A DNA stretch of 64,000 bases from assembly GCA_963764625.1 (NCBI GenBank), contig CAVXTH010000006.1:608001-672000 (forward strand). The letters are read 5' to 3'. Below the pieces are notes generated by a model that worked only from the letters and a program-made list of their open reading frames with translations, was not told the origin of the DNA and searched no databases. The position numbers were made by a program, and so were the translations under genes. Below are positions 9,328-17,942 of this stretch, one piece after another (within the stretch, counting starts at the first letter, position 1; each line of letters begins with the position of its first letter). The DNA is from Candidatus Krumholzibacteriota bacterium (GTDB lineage Bacteria > Krumholzibacteriota > Krumholzibacteriia > JAJRXK01).

Positions 9328-10086
9328 ATGCGAAACACCCTCTTGGCATCGTTCTTCGCGCACATCGTCGCGACACTGCTCTTCGGAGCGGTGAGCGTAG
9401 CCTTGCGCCGACCTCTCCAACCCGCGGAGTACATCAGCGTGAACTTGGCTTCGCTCCCTCTGGTCGAGCCCAAAGCAAAGCCCGCCGAAGTGGTGAGGGA
9501 GAAACCGGTACCCTTGGCGCCCCAGGAAGTGAAGAGCACCGCGCCCGAACCCGAGATGGACCTGAGCCAGCCGAAACCCGAGGAGCCCACCGAGCAGCTC
9601 GTGCCTCCTCGCCCCGATCTGCCTCCGGCCAGCAAGAAGGAAAAACCCAAGGAGCTGCCAAAAGAGAAGCTTCCAGAACCCGCGCCGCCCACCACCGCCA
9701 AGCAAGAGCCGAAAGTGGAGGCCAAGGAAGCGCCGCCTCAGGAAACGGCCTCGACCCAGTCGAACTCCGGCCCGGCGGTGCAGGTCGAGAAGCACGAGGG
9801 AGTTCCCGACTACTATCTCGCCCTGCTGCAGCGCAAGATCGACCGTCGCTGGGAGCCTTCTGCCGCCACGACCCGAGGGGGCCCGGCGGTCGCCTGTCTC
9901 ATCCGCTTTCGCGTGTCGCCGGCGGGAATCATCGAAGATCCCAGAATCGTCGAGAGCAGCGGCTTTTCCGTGTTCGACCGGGAGGCCCTGCGTGCCGTCA
10001 TCTCCGCTTCTCCCTTGCCGCCGCCGCCCGCGGGTTCGCGCGCCTCGGAGCTTCCCATCAGCGTTCGATTTCACCTGGAGCCATAG
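9328..10086 (+). CDS. tolA: TolA/TonB family energy transducer
   Basis: N-terminal TM helix with S..AH, Pro/Lys/Glu-rich linker, TonB-C domain SSG...FD..AL.AV....PLP. Confidence 0.85.
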   Translation: MRNTLLASFFAHIVATLLFGAVSVALRRPLQPAEYISVNLASLPLVEPKAKPAEVVREKPVPLAPQEVKSTAPEPEMDLSQPKPEEPTEQLVPPRPDLPPASKKEKPKELPKEKLPEPAPPTTAKQEPKVEAKEAPPQETASTQSNSGPAVQVEKHEGVPDYYLALLQRKIDRRWEPSAATTRGGPAVACLIRFRVSPAGIIEDPRIVESSGFSVFDREALRAVISASPLPPPPAGSRASELPISVRFHLEP

Positions 10087-10094
10087 GAGCAACC

Positions 10095-11441
10095 GTGCGC
10101 GGTCCGACCGTCAAAATCCTCTTCTTCTGCGTTTGCCTCTTCCTGCTCACAGGGGAGAGCTTCGCGCAGAAGGACCAAGGTGTTCTCATCGACTTGCATC
10201 GTCAGGGGTCGCGCCGCGTACGCCTCACCCTGCTCTCACTGGAAATCGAGAGCGGGGAAGCCACGGTGGCAAGTCAGGGGGCAGCGTTGGCGTGTCGTCT
10301 GGTGCGCGACTTCGCCTACAGCGGCGTCCTGGAAGTGGTGGGATCTCTTCCTGAGGGAGTGACATTGCCGCCGACGACTCCGGCAGCTTCCACGGAAGAA
10401 GAGCCCAAACCCGACGCCGTCGTTGGGCTCAGCCTGAGCGGTGAGGATCCGACCGGAATGGTTCTGACCGCGCGATTGCTGGCTCCGGGCGCGCAGACTC
10501 TCATCGTGGGGAAGCGATACGTCGTCGATCTCAAAGATCCCGGTCCCGCGGTGCATCACTTCTGCGACGTGGTGGTGAACCGACTGACCGGCGAAGCCGG
10601 AATCGCGCGCACCCGGATTCTCTTCAGTCGAGGGAACCGAGAGAAGCGTGAGATCTTTCTGGTCGACTACGACGGTGAGAACCTGAAACAGGTCACGCGC
10701 AACGGAAGCATCAACCTGGCTCCCTGCTGGTCCCCGGACAGCAACCGGGCCTGCTATACCTCGTACTACCAAGGACGCCAACGACTGCTGATTCTGGACG
10801 GGAAGACCGGGCGAAGCGAGCGCGTGAGCGACTTCCCCGGCCTGAACGTGGGGGCGAGCTGGGATCCGCGTTCGGGTGGACTCGTGGTCACCCTCAGCCG
10901 CGACGGAAACGCTGAGATCTATAGGATTGACGGGAAGGGGGGCATCGTGCAGCGTCTGACGCACGGTCCCTCGATTGAATGCTCCCCGGATTTCGATCCC
11001 ACCGGGCAGCAAGTGGTCTTTACCAGCGATCGCACCGGAAGGCCGCAGATTTATGTCATGGATCGCGAGGGCGCGAACCGCCGTCGCTTGAGTTATGAAG
11101 GTGATTACAACGACAGCGCGGATTGGTCGCCTCGTGGAGACCGCATTGCCTATGTCTGCCGGATCGCCGGACGCTTTCAGGTTTTTACCATCGAACCCGA
11201 CGGAAGCAATCTGCAACAGATCACCTTCAGCCAAGATGGAAACAACGAAGACCCCTCGTGGGCTCCCGATGGACGCCACCTGGTGGTGAGCAGCGATCGC
11301 TCAGGACAAACGAGTCTCTGGGTCTTGGACGTCGAAGGCGGGACTGCTCGCCGACTGACCAGTGGAGCAGAGGACGACACCTGTCCCGATTGGAGCGGAA
11401 CGGACAATCCGGCCGTGCCCTCGGGCAATTCCGATTCGTGA
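10095..11441 (+). CDS. tolB: Tol-Pal beta-propeller protein
   Basis: Signal peptide, DYDG.N..QVT, repeated PD40 motifs (P.WSPD, FTSDR.G.PQIY, P.WAPDG). Confidence 0.92.
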   Translation: MRGPTVKILFFCVCLFLLTGESFAQKDQGVLIDLHRQGSRRVRLTLLSLEIESGEATVASQGAALACRLVRDFAYSGVLEVVGSLPEGVTLPPTTPAASTEEEPKPDAVVGLSLSGEDPTGMVLTARLLAPGAQTLIVGKRYVVDLKDPGPAVHHFCDVVVNRLTGEAGIARTRILFSRGNREKREIFLVDYDGENLKQVTRNGSINLAPCWSPDSNRACYTSYYQGRQRLLILDGKTGRSERVSDFPGLNVGASWDPRSGGLVVTLSRDGNAEIYRIDGKGGIVQRLTHGPSIECSPDFDPTGQQVVFTSDRTGRPQIYVMDREGANRRRLSYEGDYNDSADWSPRGDRIAYVCRIAGRFQVFTIEPDGSNLQQITFSQDGNNEDPSWAPDGRHLVVSSDRSGQTSLWVLDVEGGTARRLTSGAEDDTCPDWSGTDNPAVPSGNSDS

Positions 11442-11454
11442 GGAGGAAACGCGT

Positions 11455-12048
11455 ATGAACCGTCAAACCTTTCATGCCGCGCGCAGTCTCAGCTACACCG
11501 TAGCTCTCATCGCCCTACTGATCCTGGGCTTCACCCTGAACGGATGTGGGAAGAAGAACGAAGAAGTACAGACCAATCCCGAAGACAGCGGGATGAGTGG
11601 TGACAAGGGGGTCGACAACGTCGATCTCAAGGAGGGCTCGTTCGAGGGGAAGGACATGGGGAACGAGGGAGTGGAGAGCTCCGATCTCCAGACCCCCACC
11701 GAAGAGCCCACGCCGGCAGTCGTGCTGCAGGATGTGTTCTTCGACTATGACAAGTCCGATCTCTCGGACGAAGCGCGCACCACTCTCAACCAGGACGGGC
11801 GCTTGCTTCGCGATCAGAAGGACGTTCGCATCCTCATCGAAGGTCATTGCGATGAGAGGGGCACCGTTCAGTACAACCTTGCCCTGGGCGAGAAACGAGC
11901 CAAGGAAGCCAAGGCCTACCTGGTGGATCTCGGCATTGCGTCCACCAGAATCGACGTCGTGAGCTACGGCAAGGAGAAACCGTTCGCGTTGGGTCACGAC
12001 GAGGCGGCCTGGATGCAGAATCGACGAGCCCACCTGTTGGTTCGCTAG
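11455..12048 (+). CDS. pal: Peptidoglycan-associated lipoprotein
   Basis: Lipobox LNGC, VFFDYDKS, EGHCDERGT.QYNLALGEKRA, SYGKEKP, NRRA; RBS AGGAGG. Confidence 0.95.
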   Translation: MNRQTFHAARSLSYTVALIALLILGFTLNGCGKKNEEVQTNPEDSGMSGDKGVDNVDLKEGSFEGKDMGNEGVESSDLQTPTEEPTPAVVLQDVFFDYDKSDLSDEARTTLNQDGRLLRDQKDVRILIEGHCDERGTVQYNLALGEKRAKEAKAYLVDLGIASTRIDVVSYGKEKPFALGHDEAAWMQNRRAHLLVR

Positions 12049-12061
12049 AGAGGAGCCGATC

Positions 12062-12970
12062 ATGAGACGCGAGAGATCGATGTTTGCAGTGGCGCTTGCC
12101 CTCTTGTTTCTGCCGGGATGCGCGCAGCTCACGCGGATCGAAGACAAAGTCGACGACGTCTCCGCGACGAGCCACGGCCTGGAGCGCCAGCAGAGCGCGA
12201 CCGCCGAGCAGGTGGACGGGATCAAGAAGTCGCTCGAGTCGGAGGGAATCACCAGCGACGAGAAACGCGCCGATCTGCTCTCGCGGTTCAAGGACATGGA
12301 GCGTTCCGTGCAGCAACTCGAAGCACGCGTAGAGGACCAGGGAAACCTGCTCACCCACATCCAGGCGAGTCTCGACTTGTTGGTCGCGGGCGAGAATCCG
12401 AATCCTCGAACAAGAGCGGCGCAAGACGAGAGCTACGGCACGGAGCCCGATTCGAGCGCGACGACCGGCGGAGGCACGCCGCCGCCGGCCGATCGCGCTG
12501 CCCCGCCTCCCGCGAGCGACGCGGGGGCGGGCGAGAGCGCGGTGGATTCGATGTCTTCCACCCAGGGGGTCTCCTCGGGCTCGCCCGGGGTCGAGGTGTA
12601 TGACGCAGCCTTTCGTGACTTCACGAAGGGTTCGTACAGCCTGGCGCGCGAAGGCTTCAAGGAGTTCCTGGCGCGCTACCCCGACTCGGATCTCTCGGAC
12701 AACGCGAGCTACTGGATCGGAGAGACCTGGTACGCCCAGGGGAACTACCAGGAGGCGGTGCGTCACTTCGATGCGGTTTTGCGGACTTACCCTGAGGGTG
12801 ATATAATTCCTGGCGCTCTACTCAAGTCGTCGAATTGCCACCTCGAGCTCGGCGAAAAGGATCGCGCGCTCGAGGGCTATCGGCGGCTGGTTCGGGAGTA
12901 TCCCAACAGCGATGAAGCGTTCATCGCCCAACACAAACTCACCGATGCTGGGGTCGCCACCAAACCCTGA
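12062..12970 (+). CDS. cpoB: Tol-Pal system protein YbgF/CpoB (TPR)
   Basis: Lipobox LPGC, coiled coil, TPR motifs FL.RYP.S.LSDNA.YWIGE..Y and YP.S.EA. Confidence 0.88.
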   Translation: MRRERSMFAVALALLFLPGCAQLTRIEDKVDDVSATSHGLERQQSATAEQVDGIKKSLESEGITSDEKRADLLSRFKDMERSVQQLEARVEDQGNLLTHIQASLDLLVAGENPNPRTRAAQDESYGTEPDSSATTGGGTPPPADRAAPPPASDAGAGESAVDSMSSTQGVSSGSPGVEVYDAAFRDFTKGSYSLAREGFKEFLARYPDSDLSDNASYWIGETWYAQGNYQEAVRHFDAVLRTYPEGDIIPGALLKSSNCHLELGEKDRALEGYRRLVREYPNSDEAFIAQHKLTDAGVATKP

Positions 12971-12977
12971 GAGGACC

Positions 12978-13310
12978 ATGCCGAAAATACCTGCCCTACG
13001 CGTTGCACGGAGTCTAGAACAGGCCTTCCGCCCGCACGACCTCTGCTCCGTCGATTCGGACTACCACGTCTTCGTGGTGGCCTACTCGGGCTCGTACGTG
13101 GAACACAGCCATCCGGCCGACGAGTTCATCCTCATCCTGGAGGGCGAGCTCACGATCGAAGTCGCCGGGGGAGCCCAGATCCTGCGCCAGGGTGACGCCT
13201 TCCTCGTACCCACGGGGACCCTCCATCGTCCGCGCAGCGCCCGCCGCACCCTTGCTCTCGTGATGGAGCGCCGCGGCCTCCAAACCAGAGCCCGGGGACC
13301 CCTGCCGTAG
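12978..13310 (+). CDS. Cupin domain protein
   Basis: H.H..DEF..ILEG.L and VP.G.LHRP cupin motifs; RBS GAGG before ATG 12978. Confidence 0.8.
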   Translation: MPKIPALRVARSLEQAFRPHDLCSVDSDYHVFVVAYSGSYVEHSHPADEFILILEGELTIEVAGGAQILRQGDAFLVPTGTLHRPRSARRTLALVMERRGLQTRARGPLP

Positions 13311-13325
13311 GGTTCGTGGAGGCGG

Positions 13326-13354
13326 TTGCCTTTCCTGTTTTCTTCGCCTATCCT
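13326..13354 (+). promoter_or_regulatory. Putative sigma70 promoter of lexA
   Basis: TTGCCT-N17-TATCCT, followed by RBS AGGAGGAG. Confidence 0.5.
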
Positions 13355-13377
13355 AGTGCGCAGGAAGGAGGAGCGAC

Positions 13378-13980
13378 GTGTATCTCACCAAACGGCAGTC
13401 TCAGCTCCTGGACTATCTGCGCTCGAGCATCGCGAGTAACGGCTATGCGCCCAGCCTCGAGGAAATCGCGGCTCACTTCGAACTCTCCTCGGTAGGTACG
13501 GTTCACAAGCACCTCAAGGCGCTCGAGGACAAGGGCGTCATCCAACGGCAGTGGAATCGCAGCCGGGCGATCGAGGTCGTGGGTCTCATGGACGGCAAGG
13601 CGCGCCGCCTGCCGTTGTTGGGAACGGTGGCCGCGGGCCGACCCATCGAAGCGGTTCCGGAGTCGGAGAGCATCGCGGTTCCCGAAGACATGATCGGCCG
13701 GGGACCCGCCTACGTGCTGCGGGTCAAAGGCGATTCGATGCTCGGCGATTCCATTCGGGACGGCGATTACGTGGTGGTGGAGCAACGGGAGCATCCGGAC
13801 AACGGCGACATCGTCATCGCGCTCCTCGAGGGTGAAAACGTCACGCTCAAGCGCTTCTATCGCGAGGGAAACATGGTGCGGCTCGAACCAGCGAGCAGTA
13901 CCCACGATGTGATCTCGGTCCCGGCGGATCGAATGCAAATCCAGGGAATCGTGGTGGGTATTCTGCGCCGCTTTTTCTAG
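13378..13980 (+). CDS. lexA: SOS transcriptional repressor LexA
   Basis: LT.RQ..LL, GYAPS..EI, TVHKHL.ALE.KG, Ala-Gly cleavage site VAAG.P, catalytic GDSM and TLKR. Confidence 0.96.
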   Translation: MYLTKRQSQLLDYLRSSIASNGYAPSLEEIAAHFELSSVGTVHKHLKALEDKGVIQRQWNRSRAIEVVGLMDGKARRLPLLGTVAAGRPIEAVPESESIAVPEDMIGRGPAYVLRVKGDSMLGDSIRDGDYVVVEQREHPDNGDIVIALLEGENVTLKRFYREGNMVRLEPASSTHDVISVPADRMQIQGIVVGILRRFF

Positions 13981-13983
13981 GCC

Positions 13984-15099
13984 ATGGTTCGTCCACGCCT
14001 TCTTCATCTGCGGTTCGAACCGCGCTCCGTCGCCTCGACACATCCCCGAAAGCCGAACCCGGCCGCGCCCCGTCCCGCTTCGACAGACGAGTTTTCCCTG
14101 CGCCGTCTGCGGCCCTGGTCGCCTTCGCCCCGAATCGATGGAAGCGCGGCGGTTGCTTCGCTCGGTGCCTTTGCCACCGAGCCGGGTCTGCCAGGATCCT
14201 TCTTGAAATTCCTCGAGGACACAGCGCCCAAGGTGGAGCCCATCGGGCGTTGGGGAGTGCTGCTGGATCTCAGTGGTTGCGAACGGCTTCATCCCAATCG
14301 GGGAACCCTGCTGACGGAGATCAACCAGCAGCTGCCGCGGAACGGCTCACTCGGCATGGCAGCGGGAGAAGGAGCGACGCGAGTGGTCGCGCGTCTGGCC
14401 GCTGCGGTGGCGCCGCCAGGAAGTTGGTGGAGCGTGGAGCCGGCGGCGAGCGCGAGCTTCCTCGCGCCCTTCCCCCTGCAGTGTCTGAGGGACGAATACC
14501 CGCGCTGGGTCGAGGCTCTGAGCGATCTGGGTCTGTGCACTCTGGGCGATCTGGCCGCGATCCCCACGGACTTGCTCCAGCGGGCGCTGGGCGTGGGCGC
14601 GCGGGCCATTTGGGAGGACGCCAGGGGCGAAGGATCGCACACGGTGCATCGCCGGCTCGAACCACCGCTGCTCCGCGCGCGGCACCGCTTCGTGCTTCCT
14701 GAGAGCGAACCGGGCCTGGTCGCTTCGGCTCTGGGGGTTTTAGCAGATCGTCTAGCGGTCGAGCTCCAATCGCACCAACTGGTCGCAGGCCGGCTCCAGT
14801 TACGGATCGGTTTTCACGGAGGGGGACGGATGCAGCGCAGCATGACGCTGTCTTCGGCCTCTGACCGTCTCCACGACATCCGAGCTGCGGGCTGGACGCT
14901 GTGGAAAGAGGGAGCGCAGCGGCGGACCGCCGTCACCGGTTGCGAGCTTCGCGCCGAGTTGCTTCGCAAGCGCCCGGCCGAGAGCCTTTGCTTCGATTTC
15001 GCGAGAGCACGCGAGGACCTGGCCCCGGCCATCAACTCGATCCGGCAACGCTTCGGGTCGACGGCGATTCAGTGGTCACCCGAGCTCTGGATGGATTAG
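13984..15099 (+). CDS. Catalytically inactive Y-family polymerase (ImuB/DinB-like)
   Basis: P.VE......LDLSG.ERL, VARLAA, FLAP.PL, LG..TLGDLA, little-finger region, I..IR.RFG..AI. Catalytic acidic residues are absent. Confidence 0.75.
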   Translation: MVRPRLLHLRFEPRSVASTHPRKPNPAAPRPASTDEFSLRRLRPWSPSPRIDGSAAVASLGAFATEPGLPGSFLKFLEDTAPKVEPIGRWGVLLDLSGCERLHPNRGTLLTEINQQLPRNGSLGMAAGEGATRVVARLAAAVAPPGSWWSVEPAASASFLAPFPLQCLRDEYPRWVEALSDLGLCTLGDLAAIPTDLLQRALGVGARAIWEDARGEGSHTVHRRLEPPLLRARHRFVLPESEPGLVASALGVLADRLAVELQSHQLVAGRLQLRIGFHGGGRMQRSMTLSSASDRLHDIRAAGWTLWKEGAQRRTAVTGCELRAELLRKRPAESLCFDFARAREDLAPAINSIRQRFGSTAIQWSPELWMD

Positions 15100-15186
15100 T
15101 TCCTGAGCTGCGGGATCGAAGTCCCAAGCTCGTCGTGAGAGGAGTGTGGTATCCTCAAAGCGGATTCGCACAGGAGACACTTCTAC

Positions 15187-16281
15187 ATGGCAACCCGGCG
15201 CCGCATCGTTCGTGCTTTCGCTCTTGGAGGAGCCAGCGTGATCGCGATGGTGATGCTCCTGGAGCTCGTGCTGCGGCTTTTTCTGGCGAGCCCATTCCAC
15301 ATGGTACGCGACGACCACCTCGGTTTGCGGGGACGCCCTGACGCGATCGTCATCCAGAGTCGAGAAGGCTATTCCAGAAATCGGTTGAACCACGAGGGAA
15401 TGGCGGACCACGAGCCCGATCCGAACGCGTCCGAGCGGATCCTCGTGGTCGGTGATTCCTACACCGAAGCTCTGAACGTTCCACTTCAGGAAAATCTCAC
15501 CTCGGTTGCCGAGTTCCTTTTGCCCGGGGCGGAAGTGATCAACGGCGGCGTATCGGGGCGCTCGCCGGTGCAGTCGGTGGCCGCGGCACGCGAATACGCC
15601 AAGCACGCTTCGCTCGATGCCATCGTCTTGCAGGTTTCCGAAGGTGATCCGGAGGAGATGTTTCGTCCTGACCGCCTCTTCCTCCAGCGTGACGAAGACG
15701 GACACTGGGAAGAAGTCATCCCACCAGGACTGACACGACACACGCCCTTGGGTCGACTGAAGTTATGGCTGATCTCGCACTCTTCCTTGGCAAACCTCGT
15801 GGTGCGGCGCATGGAATTGCTTCAAGTGCAGGAGCGACAGAGGCTGGCTCGGAAGTGGGCCCAGGAGGCGCCGGCATCCACTCCACCGCTCGCGGAGGAC
15901 GACGAGGTTCTGCTGAAAGCCGCTTCAGCGATGGACTTTCTGGTCGCCGAGCTACGTAAACTGAGTCCTCGAGTGATCCTTCTGGTGGTGCCCACCCTCG
16001 ACTACGAGACGCCGGGTCTTCCGCTCGTGCGGCCGGACCGGGTGGAGTTCTGGGATCGCTATGCGCGCTCGCGTGGGATTCCCCTCGTCGATCCGTCGGC
16101 GGCTCTGCGCGAGGATTTCTACCACACCGACATTCCGGGGAACGGCTTCCAGAACTCAGTGCTCGGGGAAGGGCACCTTAACCGCCGAGGTCACGCGGTG
16201 GTGGGGCATTGTCTCGCGGCGACCTTGAAGGAGGTCCTGGCGGCGTCCAACGGCAAGAAGAGTCACAGTCCGGCCGGCTGA
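15187..16281 (+). CDS. SGNH/GDSL hydrolase-fold protein (AlgX/AlgJ-like), membrane anchored
   Basis: N-terminal TM helix, GDSYTE, INGGVSG, GHLN..GH. Confidence 0.78.
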   Translation: MATRRRIVRAFALGGASVIAMVMLLELVLRLFLASPFHMVRDDHLGLRGRPDAIVIQSREGYSRNRLNHEGMADHEPDPNASERILVVGDSYTEALNVPLQENLTSVAEFLLPGAEVINGGVSGRSPVQSVAAAREYAKHASLDAIVLQVSEGDPEEMFRPDRLFLQRDEDGHWEEVIPPGLTRHTPLGRLKLWLISHSSLANLVVRRMELLQVQERQRLARKWAQEAPASTPPLAEDDEVLLKAASAMDFLVAELRKLSPRVILLVVPTLDYETPGLPLVRPDRVEFWDRYARSRGIPLVDPSAALREDFYHTDIPGNGFQNSVLGEGHLNRRGHAVVGHCLAATLKEVLAASNGKKSHSPAG

Positions 16282-16313
16282 CGCACTCAACCCGCCTTGT
16301 CCGCGGACCCTTC

Positions 16314-17318
16314 TTAGGAATTGCCCTCACGGAAGAGCTCGCGTTGCAGCGAGGAGGAGCCGGACGACTCCGCCGCGTTGTTCGTCTCTTTATCTTCGAA
16401 GGAAACGGGGCGAGGGTCGGTTGCTCCCGCGCGCTGGAGGTCCTTCTTGATCTCGGGGAATTCCTCCTCGAGCCACGAGGGAAATTCCGGCACGTCTTCA
16501 CCGAGCAGCGCTCGGATCTGCAGGGCGTTCACCACCGCCTGTCCCTGGAAGTGATTGTTGGTGATGATGTAGCTTTCGCGCGTTCGTGCTGACGGCGACT
16601 CGAGCGCTTCGATCCACGGCTTCAGCTCTTCGAGGCGGTAGCGGTAGTCGTAGCGCTGGTCCCGCCCGGCGCCGGACCGGAACCAGCTCTCGCGATTCCG
16701 GCCGTGCAAGCGAAGATAGAGAATCTCCTGGCTAGACTGGAGCACCGGAGGCAGACTGTTGCCGATCACCGGCTGATCGACGCTCACGACCGCGAGCCTG
16801 GAGTCGCCCCGGTGAACCCGTCCCTCCTCATCTCCCCAGCTTCCGTGGCGTAGCTCGAAGACCACCGGCCGCGATGCGAGGCGATCGGCGAGCTTGAGAA
16901 GGTACTCGAAGTGCTCCTCGGTCCGCCGGAAGGACCAGGGGAACTGGGCGAGGATCGGCCCGAGCCGCCCGCTCTCCTCCAGAGGCTTCAGAAAGTCCTC
17001 GAACTCCCGCAGCGCTCGCGGCGAAATCCGGGGGTCATCGTGGGTGAACGAGCGATGGAGTTTCACGCAGAACCTGAAGTCCTCTCGTTCCCGCACGCGA
17101 TGGACCCAGGACTGGGAAGTCCTTGGGCCCGGGATGCGGTAGAAGCTCGAATTGACCTCTAGTGTGGAGAAGAAGCGCGCGATCCACTGCAGGGGGTCGA
17201 AGCGCTTCGGGGGCTTGGGTGGATAGACACGGCCCTCCCAATCGGGGTAGCTCCAGCCGGCGGGGCCGATTCGGGGCCGAAATGGGGCCTTCAAAGCGGG
17301 TGGGGAAGCGTCTTTCAT
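16314..17318 (-). CDS. DUF72 domain protein
   Basis: IGPAGWSY.DW, EVNSSFY, L.QFP.SF, ELRH.SW, YLRLHGRN...W, RYDY.Y..EL..W, NNH..G.AV.NA. Confidence 0.92.
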   Translation of the reverse strand: MKDASPPALKAPFRPRIGPAGWSYPDWEGRVYPPKPPKRFDPLQWIARFFSTLEVNSSFYRIPGPRTSQSWVHRVREREDFRFCVKLHRSFTHDDPRISPRALREFEDFLKPLEESGRLGPILAQFPWSFRRTEEHFEYLLKLADRLASRPVVFELRHGSWGDEEGRVHRGDSRLAVVSVDQPVIGNSLPPVLQSSQEILYLRLHGRNRESWFRSGAGRDQRYDYRYRLEELKPWIEALESPSARTRESYIITNNHFQGQAVVNALQIRALLGEDVPEFPSWLEEEFPEIKKDLQRAGATDPRPVSFEDKETNNAAESSGSSSLQRELFREGNS

Positions 17319-17362
17319 GCTCTCAGTGTAGCGCAGAGCCGGTCCGAGGGCCGCCTGTGGCG

Positions 17363-17391
17363 TTGACGATCGGTGGAGCCGCTCCTACCAT
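17363..17391 (+). promoter_or_regulatory. Putative sigma70 promoter of hsp20-lon
   Basis: TTGACG-N17-TACCAT in the divergent intergenic region. Confidence 0.55.
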
Positions 17392-17464
17392 CCGACGAAA
17401 GGGTCGAATCCGAGTTTCCGGTGCTTTTGGCGCCCAGCGAGGAACAACGCATTCCGGAGGAATC

Positions 17465-17920
17465 ATGCGCCTGACGGACACGCTCTCTTGCCGAGGCGGC
17501 GGTCGAATGGACGACGCCTTCGAGTTCTTTTTCGGCGCCAGCCGGGGACGATCGCACCCCTTCGGGATGCAGTCCGACCTGGGCTGGCATCCGGCCGCCG
17601 ACGTCTATGAAACGAAAGATGAATTCATCATTCAGATGGACCTGGCGGGCATGAAGCGCGACGAAATCGAGGTCCTCATCGAGGACGATTTCGTGCGAGT
17701 GCGTGGAGAGAGAACCAACATTGCTCCCGCGGGGAAGAAGCACTTCCACAAAATGGAAATTCAGATCGGACCCTTCGAGCGACACATCCAAGTCCCCGAC
17801 ACCGTGGACCTTTCAAGCGCGAGCGCATCGTACCGCTCCGGGTTTCTGTTCATTCGCCTGCGGCGAGGAAATCTGACGCCCTCGCCACCGCGTAGCATTC
17901 CCATCGAGCAGAAAGACTGA
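17465..17920 (+). CDS. Hsp20/alpha-crystallin family protein
   Basis: W.PAADVYET, DLAGM, V.GER, EI..GPFER, A.Y..GFL.I.L; RBS GGAGG before ATG 17465. Confidence 0.9.
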   Translation: MRLTDTLSCRGGGRMDDAFEFFFGASRGRSHPFGMQSDLGWHPAADVYETKDEFIIQMDLAGMKRDEIEVLIEDDFVRVRGERTNIAPAGKKHFHKMEIQIGPFERHIQVPDTVDLSSASASYRSGFLFIRLRRGNLTPSPPRSIPIEQKD

Positions 17921-17942
17921 CGACCGCCCCGGCCAAGGAGAC

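Noticed and set aside
9460-9780. Pro/Lys/Glu-rich repetitive coding stretch
   Set aside because: Ordinary TolA/TonB linker, not a DNA repeat array.
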